The notes under the pieces are model-generated. The model worked only from the letters and a program-made list of their open reading frames with translations. It did not search any database and was not told the DNA's origin. A stretch of 63,528 nt of DNA, filler included, from Choristocarpus tenellus KU-1152 (taxonomy: Eukaryota > Protista > Phaeophyceae), in the NCBI GenBank assembly GCA_964200185.2. It is 9 parts of 9 records of this genome, joined end to end, with 100 filler letters (N's around TTAATTAATTAA, not from the genome) between each part and the next. Parts side by side here need not be neighbours in the genome. Positions count along the whole stretch, not along the records: positions 12,990 to 16,130 come from CAXNAD020022025.1; positions 16,231 to 19,028 come from CAXNAD020024668.1; positions 19,129 to 22,516 come from CAXNAD020020372.1; positions 22,617 to 29,977 come from CAXNAD020006269.1; 5 more parts are not named here. One strand, 5' to 3'. Below, one piece after another: positions 13,560-26,072 of this stretch (position 1 is its first letter; each line of letters begins with the position of its first letter). The translations under genes and the position numbers were made by a program.

Positions 13560-14095
13560 TCAATGGCAAACGGAGCGTCTTATTTGCCGGGTCATTTGGT
13601 CGCATGAGGGATAAGCGGTTTTTCAAGATATTGATGTATGGAGAACTTGCGAATGGAAAACGGAAGCAAGGTGGACAGGACAAGAACTGGTGGATATATC
13701 TGACTCAAAGTATCTGGGGGAGGGGGGGGAGGGTCTACACCAGGTTGTCCATTTGGGCCAAAATCAGGAAAAGTGAATATACATTANNNNNNNNNNAGGT
13801 AGGAATGAAAACCGAAAGCAAGGGGGATAGGACAAGAACGGGTGGTTATATGTGTGTAAAAGTGTCGGGGGGAGGGGGGGGGAGGGTCTACACCAGGGTG
13901 TACATTCGGGCCCTGACAAGGAGACTTGCATTCATATTATCCACCCGACGCATGGAATCAAATCACTACAAAATCACGACATGGAAGAATGGGTCCCGAA
14001 TTGACAGCTGTCACTCCCCCCCAGATACTTTGAGCCATATCCAAGACTACCTTGACAAGTTTGGGATCGAAGTTGAGGATTGGAGAACGTAAGTC
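13560..14095 (+). mobile_element. RTE-like LINE RT C-terminal remnant interrupted by family A MITE(s) at 13702-14036
   Basis: MRDKRFFKILMYGELANGKRKQGGQDKNWW precedes the MITE and IQDYLDKFGIEVEDWR follows it; this is the RLPK..M.GEL..GKR..GG..K.W...D...FGI signature of RTE elements. Confidence 0.7.
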
Positions 14096-14226
14096 ACTTA
14101 CCATCTGGGATGGTATATGTGTATGAGTAATGGCACAACAGGGTTCATGGCCAAATGACATTCTAAGTATGCTGTGATATGCCTTTAATTTGTTGGTCAC
14201 ACCAAACACCACCACCATCACCGTAT

Positions 14227-14487
14227 GAGTCAAAGTATCTTAGAGGGTAGAGCAGCGTCCGTTTGGGGGCCAAAATCCAATGTTGCAATTTTGATGCATT
14301 TTTGGCTATCGTGTTTGTTAGGAAGTAAGTGTCAATATCCTTGGTCCGGACACATCTTTTTATAACATACACATTTTACTACTCTGAAACATTTCGGAGT
14401 AGGAAAATGTCGCATAAAACCCGTTGGAAACAAAGCCCCAAATGGACAAACAGGGCAAAACTCGTACCCTCTAAGATACTTTCACTC
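14227..14487 (+). mobile_element. MITE family B, full copy
   Basis: TIR GAGTCAAAGTATCTTAGAGGGTA / TACCCTCTAAGATACTTTCACTC; flanks tat/tct. Confidence 0.9.
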
Positions 14488-15042
14488 TCTGCTTGAGCGC
14501 TGTTTTCTTAATAGACTTATTCTCTAGCATCCTTTGCTCATTTTCTTTCCCTCCCCTCCCCTCATGTTTTTGGGGGGTTATGGCGTTTTTCTCTATTCTT
14601 CAACTTCATTTTTTTTATCCTTTTCTTTCTCTTTTTCTTCCACTGGTTTGTATTTCTTTTATGGTTTTGTTGCCTTTACTCAACCAATCAGCGCGTATTG
14701 CCTTCTTGTTTTTTCGATCCCGGGTGTGGGATCCCTCCGACAAATGTGATCATAGTAAATATTAAACTATAGGAAATAATTGTAGCTTTTAGGTTCTGAC
14801 AGTATCTAAGTTGTGTACTAAATTACCCCCTGTAGGACTAATGGGGGTAGAGGCAATGGGGTCATGACTGCGAACATGCACAGAAAATGGAACTAGGTGT
14901 CCTTCTTTTCTTTTGTATTTTTTCCTTTATCTTTGCTTGCGTACAAAGCATTTTTTGATACTGACAGGAAGAGGTAGTCAACAAATAGGTACTCCAGAGT
15001 CTATAATTAAAAAAATGTTAGAGTAAAAACAGTTGAGGTCTA

Positions 15043-15221
15043 CCTCAACTGTTATTGAGGGGGGTGTCGGCTGTCCATTCGGGGCCCATTGTTCCATGTC
15101 GCGATTTTCGGGTTATTTGGTTGTATTCGTCGGATGGATAATGTAAGTGCACTTTTCCTGGTCAGGGCCCGAATGGCTTCTCTGGTATAGACCCCCCCCC
15201 TCCCCCAATATACTTTGAGCT
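15043..15221 (-). mobile_element. MITE family A, diverged copy
   Basis: Internal match to 43996-44175; ends in TATACTTTGAGC. Confidence 0.75.
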
Positions 15222-15410
15222 CTAGATCCAATCATAAACGAGTATGAATGGATATTATTTTCTTTTTTGTAACCGATTCCAGGTGCATCAAGCACATATG
15301 CCATATTTGATCCCTTGGAGTATTCTCTTGTGTTTCTGCCATCTTCAAGGAAGCATACCTACGCTGTTCCTATTCAGACAACATTCTCAAGCTTTGTACT
15401 ATGTAGTATT

Positions 15411-15814
15411 TGTTACAGGCATGCTCCAGAAGCTTACCTCCACAGGATGTGTAGCTCCAATCCACAGGCCTATAGATGACGCCAATGTTTGTACAGAGCT
15501 CCCAGGATACTCCGACAACCAAAGTAAGAGTGCTATAGGTGGGTCTAAGCCCAAACTGAGGCATTTGGAGCCGTTTTTAGGACCTCTTATCATCATTTGC
15601 CATCCCGGCTTCTTTGGTATACAAACATTGGAATATATCTGAGAACCCTTGCGACCTTTCCATCTGGGAACCCTTGGGACTTTCCCAATTTACAGATTTT
15701 ATTCTGCAACATTTTGGAAAATCGGAGTTCCCCCTTTTGGGGTTCCCCACGCGTGTACACTGCTCGCGCCGATTAAAGCACGGGAAGAAATACTCACGCT
15801 ACTCGCCTGTAACA
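15411..15814 (-). mobile_element. Solo LTR (404 bp), related to 32554-32861 and 42561-42849
   Basis: TGTTACAGGC...GCCTGTAACA termini; about 70 bp at one end match the 3' end of the other LTRs; flanks tatt/tata. Confidence 0.75.
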
Positions 15815-16230
15815 TATACACCTGCAACACAGTCGGTGCATTGATCTTTCATTGTGTCATCCATAATTATTGTATGTAGAAGGCAGAGTTCTACTAAACA
15901 CAGCTTTGTCTGCCAGCAAATTTTGTTATCTTTGGACACATTAGCGGGCTCCCACAGAGAGTTGTTGTCAAACCACTTTCCATCTACTTTCTCTTTCCCA
16001 TGTTGTTCTTCCTTCTTCACCCCGTTGAACATCCTAGTGTTATCCTTACGCTGTATGTGCTGATACAAGTATATCACATAGTTCCATGTACGTTTATCTT
16101 TAGTTTGGTGGATCAAAGTATCTGGGGGGGNNNNNNNNNNNNNNNNNNNNNNNNNNNNNNNNNNNNNNNNNNNNTTAATTAATTAANNNNNNNNNNNNNN
16201 NNNNNNNNNNNNNNNNNNNNNNNNNNNNNN

Positions 16231-16848
16231 TGTCATGCGTTTTAAGTTGGATTCACCAGGGAGATGGGCACGGAGGGGTCTGTTGGATTCTTGGGATGCA
16301 TCTTTAGCTCCCCCCCCCGTGGCACAGGAGTAGGTACATGGGAAGATAAGGAAGACTAGTACAATATTTGATAGTGGTGATGTAACAGTGGTTTCCACAC
16401 TTACAATGTTTTACAGTGTCCTTATGTTTAGGATATTGTATTTCTTTAGGAGGGCTAATAACGACATGTATATATATATATAGTTTTCATTGGTTTCCTA
16501 CCTGACACATCTGCAAAATGTCAGAGGGCATAATAATAAAATATGGACGAGTAGAAGTAATAATATTGAGATACAATATAGTGTAAGGAGTGTTCGACAA
16601 GAACACTGAATGCTTGAGAAGACTCCTCCCCCCACGGTCCAGGACTAGGTAGATTGGAGGCACAGGAAGGCAGTAGTACCACATTGATAGTAGTGAAGTA
16701 ACAAATAGGTTAATGATTTTCACATTTATGATAGTTTATTTCTTTACGGCTTATTCTGACATACATATATATATATATGTATAGTTTTCATTTGTTTCCT
16801 CCTTGCTTGACACATCTGTAAAATATCAGAGGGCATAATAATAAAAAT
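16231..16848 (+). mobile_element. Two consecutive 5'-truncated 3' ends of a CRE-like non-LTR retrotransposon (16231-16542 and about 16620-16848)
   Basis: Homologous to 40080-40560; both end in TGACACATCTG-AAAAT-TCAGAGGGCATAATAATAAAA. Confidence 0.75.
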
Positions 16849-17759
16849 GACTTGCATAGTGGAAGAGTAGTAGTAGTCTGTAGATATCCCTACATGAATT
16901 TAGTGCAGTCGAAACTCCTTCTACACCCACTTCCACCAAGATCTGGTCTCGGTGATCCTACCACCCTGGTAAGGTCAACCGATTGTACACCTGTATGTAC
17001 TCTTCTGTTGTGAGTTACACCATAAAAACGCCGGAACAAGATCTATGTATAAAATAATAATTTGAACTAGTGTTGTACTTCTACAACTACAACACTCTTT
17101 ACAATACACACAGCAATAGTATACATAGATCCTCTTTCATTTATCTGACTTGATTGTCAAGTGGGAGATGCGCCAAGGATCACGGATTTCACAAAGGTGT
17201 AGAGAACAAGCGGCAGGGCCTAGATCATCAGTTTGTTGTGAGATGCTCACTCAGCCATATCCACTCAGAAAAAAGGGCACACCAGAGGAGCAGTGGGAAA
17301 GAACTCCTCATGCAATGGATACTGGCACCGCTGCCATTTAAATACAAGATTGTTGATAGGCAAATTCGTGGAGTTCTTTACAGGTCCACCCCAACCTATG
17401 CACCAACCCTGTATGTTGTATAGAGACACATTAGTCCAATAATCCTCAACCATAATCGATTATAGCTTGCCAAGATACAACCAATCTGATCTCAGTCTTC
17501 ATCAAAGATTAGGGGTGGTATGTAAAGCACTCAAACCCATTTCCATAATAGTCAAGAGTACGTGGTATATGAGCAGGGTGTGTGTGTGGATATCCCCACT
17601 GCTCAGGATGGTCTTTTTACCACTTCTTTGATCTTTGACCATGACTAGATAGTCGTAGGATCTATTGCACCGACAATACTCCACTCCGAAGATTCTGAGA
17701 ACTACGATGATGAAGTTAATGGTGTATATAGTAAAGAAAGCTGACGAAATCCAACAAAA

Positions 17760-18300
17760 TCAAACAATGGGGTCGATTTGCTCTGTCATTACCTAGAGCT
17801 ACCCATCTCAATGGTCATGCCCCAATCATGATTGTTCGTGTACCATCAGGAATCAAAAGAGTCACGAGCATCACACACTCCATTCCCAATCTTGTCGAAG
17901 GATGTGATTGGATTGATATGGTACATACTAAGGATTATTGAACAGTTATTGAATTACCTCAAAATAAAGAGGGGGTGAGTTGTTAAGAATGGAGGGTTGT
18001 CCATTGGTGCATTGTACAAGCCTAAAAGCATCACTCATGGATTGGTGAGTCATTGATCAAAAAACTACTGCCAATATGTAAGAGCAGCAGCTTGCATTCA
18101 TCTATATATTCTTGACACACAACTAGCCCTTGCTGTTTGTAGATATTGACATGGTGAAAAAAATAGGACATGATGTGGGATAAATCTTGGCAATGCAAAG
18201 TTGATAGCCCTTCAAGTCAGGCTTGGGTACCACCGAAGTTCTTGAGCCATGTTGTCCAGAATCCAGGTGTCCACAGCAAGCAGTATATCCACAGAAGATA
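17760..18300 (+). mobile_element. Possible highly decayed Gypsy-type RT remnant
   Basis: The fragment KRVTSITHSIPNLVEGCDWIDMVHTKDY resembles the N..T......P.I...D...Y segment of LTR RT; many stops. Confidence 0.3.
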
Positions 18301-18956
18301 ACCACAGATAACAGTCTGCAGGGACCAGACCACAGACCTCACAAAACAAAACAAAAATCCAGTGAAAATCTAGTTTCCTAAGGAACAAACGAACCAAAGT
18401 CAACCAGAAACCAGATTCACAGGTCACAAACCAGGTGACCAGAAAGACCATTCCTCTGTCAAAACCTCAGATCTACCTCGATTACTAGTATTGCTGACTG
18501 AGAAAATACATCCTTCCAGAAAGAAGAAAAAGAAGAAGATGGAAATCTCTGAGATGGGGCTCCAAAAATAATTAATCATTGGTGAGACATCCACCCATGC
18601 ATATTAAGACTGCTGGTAAGCCTGCCAAAGTTTGGTGTTCCAAATGTGATCCTTAGGGAGAAAGACAGCAACAACCCAACAGAGTAGTCCACAGTCAAAC
18701 TGGGGTGTGTCTTAAGTCACTCAGATTGAATTTGATCTCTTGAATGAATGTTTCAGGGCTGAGTGACCTGTCTAATATCATGTTGAGGTGCATCTAGTGA
18801 ATATATAATAATTGATACGACACTAATAGGATACAATTGGCAGCAACAGACATTTCTTCCTAACATAGGAACCTACTACTCGAGGACGAACAGATCACCA
18901 TATTATGGTGCCCTCTACACCGTAACATCCCTTCATCCACAGACACTCGGAGCAAT

Positions 18957-19028
18957 GAGTGAAAGTATCTTAGAGGGTACAAGTTTTGCCCTGTTTGTCA
19001 ATTTGGGGCTTGACTTCCCTCGGGGCAT
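18957..19028 (-). mobile_element. MITE family B terminus at a contig end
   Basis: GAGTGAAAGTATCTTAGAGGGTACAAGTTTTGCCC is near-identical to the start of 37917. Confidence 0.85.
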
Positions 19029-19168
19029 NNNNNNNNNNNNNNNNNNNNNNNNNNNNNNNNNNNNNNNNNNNNTTAATTAATTAANNNNNNNNNNNNNNNN
19101 NNNNNNNNNNNNNNNNNNNNNNNNNNNNCCCCCCCCCCCCCCTGGCGGGGGGGGCCCCCCCCCCCCCC

Positions 19169-19207
<39 letters not shown>

Positions 19208-19378
19208 CCCTCGCCCGGGGAACCCCTTACATCGTGTTGGACCTTCAATGTTCCAACGTTCTCAATGTGCAGGCAATACATTCTTGAGCCTCCGTTGCTC
19301 AATACAACTCCCTCCGTTCAAAACCCCTCTACCCCTCATGGACAAGAGTAGAAAATCTACCCACACAGTCCACACCTC

Positions 19379-20577
19379 TCAGGCTTTGCGTGCGAATGCT
19401 AATTGCAGTTGCTTTGTTGAAGTGAGCTTGAATCCCTTGAGAGCATTCAGCGCAATGCCCGCCTGGTTTTTCCGAAAAAGCAAGGGCCGTGCGATTTGCT
19501 CGGGGGCTTGAGCTTCTTATCTCAACATCACAGCAAAGGAGTGGAGTTAATTTTCGTTCTCTAGCCACACAGAATCACACAGGGTTGCTCAACAGACAAT
19601 GCATAGTACATGATAGCTCCATACAAAAGCAGTGGACTTTCTCATGGTGAGCACAGCCAAACAATGCAGCAACTTGGTCCAAACACAGCGGCTATCACCA
19701 TCTTCAAGCAGCAAAATACAAGGATGGATCACTATGTGGTGGATATCGTACATATATGGTGCACAATAAATCTGACAATCTGCAACACAACTCCCCCCAT
19801 TGCCCCTCTGCATTGGTAGGACAGTCTACCAATAGTGCAAGCACTGAATAAAAACGAAAGGACTCATTGTTTGGTCCACACTACTCTGCTCCACTCCAAC
19901 GTTATGAAACTGACCTTATACTCAAGTATATTGAATACATACCAGTAGCAGCACTCCAAAAAAGAACTTACTGTAGACAACAACCAAGGCAAGGTCACAC
20001 AACTTCCACACAGAGTACACAACAGTCAAATACAAAAGTTACAAATTCATTACAAACTGCAGCACAAAGCTTTAGCAAAAAAGCAAAAGAGGAGCACACA
20101 ATAATAATAATACATCCGTACAGGACCAACACCAAAAACATTACATACACTGGGCATATGAGCGGAGTTGGGGGCAGGGGAGGAGGTAGAGGTGCAATTC
20201 ATGGTGTTTCCAACACGCGTTTTCTTACCTGCATAGCATCTCGGAACTCCACGAACGCTTGACCTCCTGGAGCCATCCGTGCCTACAGCCCAGAGGTTAT
20301 GCAAAAGAGAGATAGAGAGAGAGAGATGTAAGAGGAGGGGACGCCTACTTCACCAACCTGTTTGTGTTCCCCTTACAGCTCACGTATAAATGCAATATCC
20401 ACCCAAACATAAGCGTGACAGAAACGGGGAGGAGAATGACTCATCGGAATCTAGCCTTAACACTTCAAAAGAAAGAAAAAAACACTACAGAAATGCCTGC
20501 CTGTAACTAACATGAGCTGCGGCTCTTTCTCAACCTTTTTTTACACTCAATTCCCGGAAATAACACTACCAAAAACA

Positions 20578-20628
<51 letters not shown>

Positions 20629-21012
20629 ACTAATCCCCCCNNNNNNNNNNTTTTTTTTAATTTTACCGCCCCCCCCACCACCCCCCCCCTTCCCCCCCCC
20701 CCCCCCCTTCCCCCCCCCAACCCCCCCCCCCCCCCCCCCCTTCAACCTCTACTATCGAACTCAATGAACCAACCACACCACCACAATCAACTACACTACA
20801 TATCATGCTACCGTGGTCGCCCGGGGCGGGGGAATCCTAGAAGAGGCAACACCTCGCCACTACTCCACACTCCAACAGCAGACCAGAACGAAATAGACCC
20901 CAATGCACAGGCCATACCTCCACAAACCCCTGGTATTGCTCGAAAAGCTTCTGGAGCATAGTCTGGGTAATCTCTGGCGGGAGATCATTGGCGTAAAGGA
21001 TGTTGTGCGGGA
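19379..21012 (-). CDS. U1A/U2B'' (SNRPA/SNRPB2-like) snRNP protein, C-terminal RRM; exons 21012-20918, 20282-20229, 19462-19379
   Basis: Spliced product PHNILYANDLPPEITQTMLQKLFEQYQGFVE-ARMAPGGQAFVEFRDAMQ-AGIALNALKGFKLTSTKQLQLAFARKA* matches U1A RRM2 (ILFLTNLPEET...L..LF.QF.GF.EVR.VPG...AFVEF....QA..A..ALQGFKIT....M.ISFAKK). GT-AG introns, both phase 0. Confidence 0.9.
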
Positions 21013-21505
21013 CTTGGTGTAGGGTATCACAGCACCAGAGGGAAGTGGAGTTGGGGCACGCACAGAGAGGAAGGAGGGCAGCAGTAGGGAGAGTTGTTGG
21101 AAAATCAAATTGAGTTAAAAAAAAATGGTAGTGGTGGGTAGGTAGGTAGGTGTCATTCGCATGGGCTGTCACAGAGACAAGTCAAGCCTATACAACAATG
21201 GGAACTCGTGCAGAGCCGATCCATGGCCGAGCTGACAGAAAGAGGTTGAGATGAGAGCGTGTCCTCGCCGAGGAAGGTGGAGACAAAAGCCAATGGACAC
21301 CTACAAGATGACATCACCAACAGTTACAAGACACCTCCTGCCAACAGGAACAATCCAACACAGCCGATACAAAAAGCGGAGACAACATTTTCCAAACAGT
21401 CTCTCCGGGAGACTCTCCCTAAGCGCGATGAACGCCGAACTCGCAACCACCTCACCTTCCACAAAATAGAGGTCTTCTTTAAGGACCTTGCCCAAAATAC
21501 TCTGC

Positions 21506-21546
21506 TAACCTTAACCCTAACCCTAACCCTAACCCTAACCCCAACC
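21506..21546. repeat. Interstitial telomere-like (CCCTAA)n tract
   Basis: ctaaccttaaccctaaccctaaccctaaccctaaccccaacc. Confidence 0.85.
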
Positions 21547-23510
21547 TTGATCAATGGGGCAGATACTGCGTGAGATTAGCCCTTCGGGGCAACCTGACTG
21601 ATACCCAGTGACCACTGAGATCCCGGGGTCTTGAAGGGGAAAATCAACGATACCAACCAAAAAAAAATCGTTTTCTAGTTACTCACTCAAGTAGTGTGAA
21701 CTCAGCAAAAGACAGATTGAGGTACAAGGATCACTTCAGGGTCAACAATCACACACACACACACAAGGCTAACAAGTACATTTCATCGAACATTTTTTTT
21801 TTCTTCGCATGCTGAAGCGCAGGCTGACAAAAAAATAAATACAATCAAGCTACACTTTACACCTAAAGGTATGCCAAGCAATGCCCACTGAACCTCCATC
21901 TTTAGCAGTCGAACAACCTACCCTATGCAATGCATTCTTCTTGTCGATGCTCACCCCATACCTGGCACCGGTTTGACACAAATTGGTCCCTCTCTAAGAG
22001 CTACAGAGCCCGTTCAACGCTCTGTAGCTGCAAACCAGGTCTTCACAGTGACTGAAAAAAAGGCAAACCCCCCCTCCCCACTCAAATAGACTGTACAAGG
22101 TCAAGCAGACGTTTCTACTCACCCTGGTCTTCCAAAAAGACTAGACTTGGAGATGCAACACACACAGGACAACCTTGCAACCTCCTTAAACTCACACGGA
22201 CATACTTCCTCCACAGCAAACCAATTCCCTGGCCTTCACAAGCAAACACAACACCGCTCCACACACAACACTAACACGCCTGCCATAGTATATATTATTA
22301 CCTAGCAAATGCAAGGAGCTCTCAACAAGCAGCGGGGGGGGAGAACCCTACCGTTGTGAACCACAGCACAGTCGAATCGCCACGACTCGGTTGTGTCACC
22401 ATCCATCAAGACCCCCACAAACGAAGAAGGGGGAGGACAATTTCAAAAAAAAAAAATCACGAAAAAAAAAAAAGGGAGGCCGGGAGAAAAATAGCACCAA
22501 CAAAAGCACAAAAAAANNNNNNNNNNNNNNNNNNNNNNNNNNNNNNNNNNNNNNNNNNNNTTAATTAATTAANNNNNNNNNNNNNNNNNNNNNNNNNNNN
22601 NNNNNNNNNNNNNNNNTGAAAGAGTGCCGAACAGCCTTCCCCCCACCCCCCACCCCTTCAGGAAGAACTGGGTGTCACTTGATGAGCTGTAAGATGTGAT
22701 ATCTCCCCTAAAGCCCTTTAGGCTTTTCCCGGGGCATTGAGCTCGAAGCTGTACGACACACACAATCACCCTAAGCTTGACAAAACTACCATTGAACATT
22801 TCCAAAGGGGTGGGGATGAGTAGTCCATGTTGTGCATGGTAGGCCCAGTGAGTAACTCGATCAAGAGCATCAATCAACTGGTTGGAGGCATACAATTAGA
22901 CTTTTTAGGCGTGGCGTCAACATCCCCTCTGCTTTGATCATGCGCCTTAAATTGTTGAGTAGTGCTTCTCTGGAGTACGAAGTACTGGTCTGGAGTATCC
23001 ACCAAGCTCTACGTTAAGAAGAGGGGACATTTAATTGAATGCATTGACACTGAATACTTTTTTTGTTCTAGATCCTCTGTTGAAGAATTCAGTCCTAGAA
23101 GTGAGTGAGGCCCTCCAGCCCAACCAACTAACAATCGTATCTTTCGTTGTGTTCATGTGTTGTGACAGGTTGCATTTCTTTCAGGAGATAAGGCTTCTGA
23201 TTTTGTAACTTCAGGTAGTTTTTTGTACAAGGCTTTGTGATTATAGTTTTCGTGTTCCACCAGGCAAAGAGAAATGCATACAACATGAAGTCGGTAGATT
23301 ACTCCATGCACACAATGGTAGCAATCCCTCCTGCTTCCATTCTGTTAAGTCTCCAACTTGACTACCCCTCCAGTCACCCCGAATAGTAGTCTTTGTTTCC
23401 GTTCTCTCTCTCTCTCCTCTTAACCCCCCCCCCCCCCCCCCCCCAACCCCCCCCCCCCCTCCCCACACCCCCCACCGCCCCCATCGACACGCCTCCCCCC
23501 CCTTTCGGAG

Positions 23511-24686
23511 TACTTGTTGTATGTTAGAGGCCTAGGGCCCAGCGATGTGATTGACTACGATAAGATGATTGGATTCTTTTCTGATGGCCTGAGGCGCCGG
23601 GGTTTTTCCCAAAGTGGACCATTTGACTGGAGGTCAGCACCGTCAATGGCGGTTTCAGGAGGTGGAATAGGACCTGGACAAGGAGTACTAGGGATGCGGG
23701 GGACTGGGCTGACCATTGGGGGGGCAGCAGCAGTGTCTGGGGCTGGAACAGGGAGTTCAGTCAGTAGAGGGTCTGCTATGCAGGTCAACAAGAGACCACG
23801 GCTTGTGGGAGGGTCTGGGGCCTTGGTGGGCACTTCACACTTTGCTCGAGGTAGGCGACCGCTTGCTGCCAGTGCTGCTGTTGGTGGCCTTTATGCTGAT
23901 GTGCCACCTCCAGAAGCCCGTGTGACCTTCAAGCTTCCTGGTGATGAGGAGAAGAAGGACAGTGATGAGACCTCTGGAAATGAGGTTGGGGAGGGGGGGG
24001 GGCGGGGTGTTATGAATGGGGATGTGGAATCAGTATCAACAGTAACGAGTGCGTTGAGGTCCTCGATTGGCGCAGTGGGAAAGGTTGGGAGTTCTCCCGT
24101 TCAGCACCAAGGTGAGAAGAGCAAACGGGTGGTGGCTTTGGGGTGCGGACAAGTTTCAGGGGGGGAAGATAAGGCCTCAGTGGTGGGTGGAAAGGCGAGT
24201 GATACTGGGGGGCAGGCAGTTGATGCCATTGCTGCATTGTCCAAGTTGCGACCCCACCTGAAGACAGACGGAAAGAAACTGGCCCGTGCCTGTGCACTGC
24301 TAACGGACCTCTTGGCTGCCAAACTGGATGCCAGCAATGAGGAAGCCTTCCACAGTGCGATGGCCTTGGCCATTCGTGGAGATGAAGCTGTTTCATCTGG
24401 ATGTGCCGCACACAATGCTGTTGGTAGATCGCCTGTTGGTGGTGCAGGGGCTGGGGGGGGAAGGGAGGCAAGTTTGGAGAGTGTTCCGCGGCGTTTAGCA
24501 ATTGCTGGGCCAGTTGGGTCAGTGGTCCGTAGATTGGTGGCGACTGCCCTTGAGCGTGTTACCTTGTTCCAGGGTCAAAGGCGCCAAGATGTGGAGTTGT
24601 GGGGGTCATGTGGAGAAACGGAGTCTCAGACCTTGGCAGCAGTTCAGAGAGACAGCCAAGCATCACAAGTGTCTTTACAGAGGTAG
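23511..24686 (+). CDS. Terminal exon of a probable casein kinase 1-family kinase, with a long Gly/Ser tail and a C-terminal helical domain
   Basis: 390-codon open frame after a pyrimidine tract and AG at 23509-23510. It begins YLLYVRGLGPSDVIDYDKMIGFFSDGLRRRGFSQSGPFDW, matching the CK1 kinase-end signature Y..YCR.L.F...PDY..L...F......G.......FDW. The catalytic exons are not in this contig. Confidence 0.65.
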   Translation, partial: YLLYVRGLGPSDVIDYDKMIGFFSDGLRRRGFSQSGPFDWRSAPSMAVSGGGIGPGQGVLGMRGTGLTIGGAAAVSGAGTGSSVSRGSAMQVNKRPRLVGGSGALVGTSHFARGRRPLAASAAVGGLYADVPPPEARVTFKLPGDEEKKDSDETSGNEVGEGGGRGVMNGDVESVSTVTSALRSSIGAVGKVGSSPVQHQGEKSKRVVALGCGQVSGGEDKASVVGGKASDTGGQAVDAIAALSKLRPHLKTDGKKLARACALLTDLLAAKLDASNEEAFHSAMALAIRGDEAVSSGCAAHNAVGRSPVGGAGAGGGREASLESVPRRLAIAGPVGSVVRRLVATALERVTLFQGQRRQDVELWGSCGETESQTLAAVQRDSQASQVSLQR

Positions 24687-26004
24687 CTCTTGGAGTTGGT
24701 CTCTTGGTGGGTATGTGTGTGTGTTGTGTTGCAGTTAGGTGTTTGCTCACAAATGTCTCTGGATGCAGTGGGATAAACCATAGCCAGCTGAAGGCTAGCC
24801 AATTTGTACGGAACATTGTATGTTGGTCATAGGTGAAAATAGTATAGCAAGGGGAAAGTGGATATGCTTGACTATAGGGGGACCTCAATCCTGCTGCCCT
24901 TCAGCAGAAGCATAGTTGCTCACAGTATTCTACAGGATATGCCATTTGAAGAGATACATTATACAAATCCTTACCATGCTTACTGAAAATATTTAAAACA
25001 GACAATGAGCCATCCTTCCATTCATCTCTCCTAGCTGTGAGCCTTCTGATGGATGATTGTGCCAGCATAGATTTTTGAGTTCGTCGCATATTTCTTTTGT
25101 TTTTGCGAGTACTGCATTACGGTATGAACTTGTACGAGTTTGTGATGACCATTCCATTTTTTTTGCTTTCTTCAAACCAAGTCCATAAAGCATAGCATAC
25201 ACAATCTTTGGGAGCTTGGGCGCCTGTTGTTCAGAATGGCTAGAAGTGCAGTTAGTTTCCCTGTTTGAGATCATATGCCTATGTAAATATTGCTAGGCAG
25301 TGCAAAGTCCACTGTAGGACACAAATGAGAATGATGAAGAGTAGGAGGACATTCGCGAAGAGGTGGATGAGACACGGTAACCTGTGTAGATTTAAAGAAA
25401 CAGCAAGCATACGTCGTGAGCACAAAACTCTTTGATGATTCAATTCTTCAGTGACCCGAACACCAATGATCAACAAGGCCTGGAAGGTCAGTCCCACACA
25501 ATAACATGCAGGAGTGCATACGATTTAATATCTGCTATGAGCAGAGTGCCCTAAGTATCTGCTCTCTATCTCTCTTTGCTGTTCAAGACCTGTGCGCCAA
25601 ATTGCTTGGAATTACCTCTCTGCTGCCCACACAGTAAATGCTGTATTTGTAGAGTTACGCATCACTACTGGCAGCACCACCTATACCCATGCAACAACCG
25701 TATTGAAATACTCTTTCAGATATTGGGGCAAACCAATCAATATATTAGGTTGGAGGGATTGAAGGAGGAAAATGAAGATTCCGTATGGTAGTTTAAAACC
25801 AGATGTGGTCTTGATGATTTTACTCAATACACGGTAACAGGAAAAATATTTTTAGTATGGCCAGCCATTTGGTTCCCACATGAAAATGCACAAACATGTA
25901 AATCACGAAAAATATTTAGGGGACCATTTCTCCATACTATTTGAAACGTCAGTCATGGGGGGTTGCACTCAATCAATGTGGCATGCTCTCATGTTGTTCA
26001 AAAA

Positions 26005-26072
26005 AACCTTGGGAAGGCAAGCCCCAAACGGACAAACAGGGCAAATCTCGTACCCTCTAAGATACTTTCACT
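26005..26072 (+). mobile_element. MITE family B right-end fragment
   Basis: AAGCCCCAAACGGACAAACAGGGCAAATCTCGTACCCTCTAAGATACTTTCACTC matches the 14433-14487 end. Confidence 0.85.

Noticed and set aside
16946-16962. PBS-like TGGTAGGATCACCGAGA on the minus strand
   Set aside because: It is not preceded by a CA-ending LTR and no matching LTR is seen.
19129-20740. Long poly-C tracts (also 23424-23500) as functional G4 elements
   Set aside because: They mostly sit beside gaps or contig ends and look like low-quality homopolymer sequence.
24993-25274. KIVYAMLYGLG resembling DNA polymerase A motif B
   Set aside because: Isolated short match with no other polymerase motifs or clear exon structure; more likely a decayed TE (a loosely similar string occurs near 33785).
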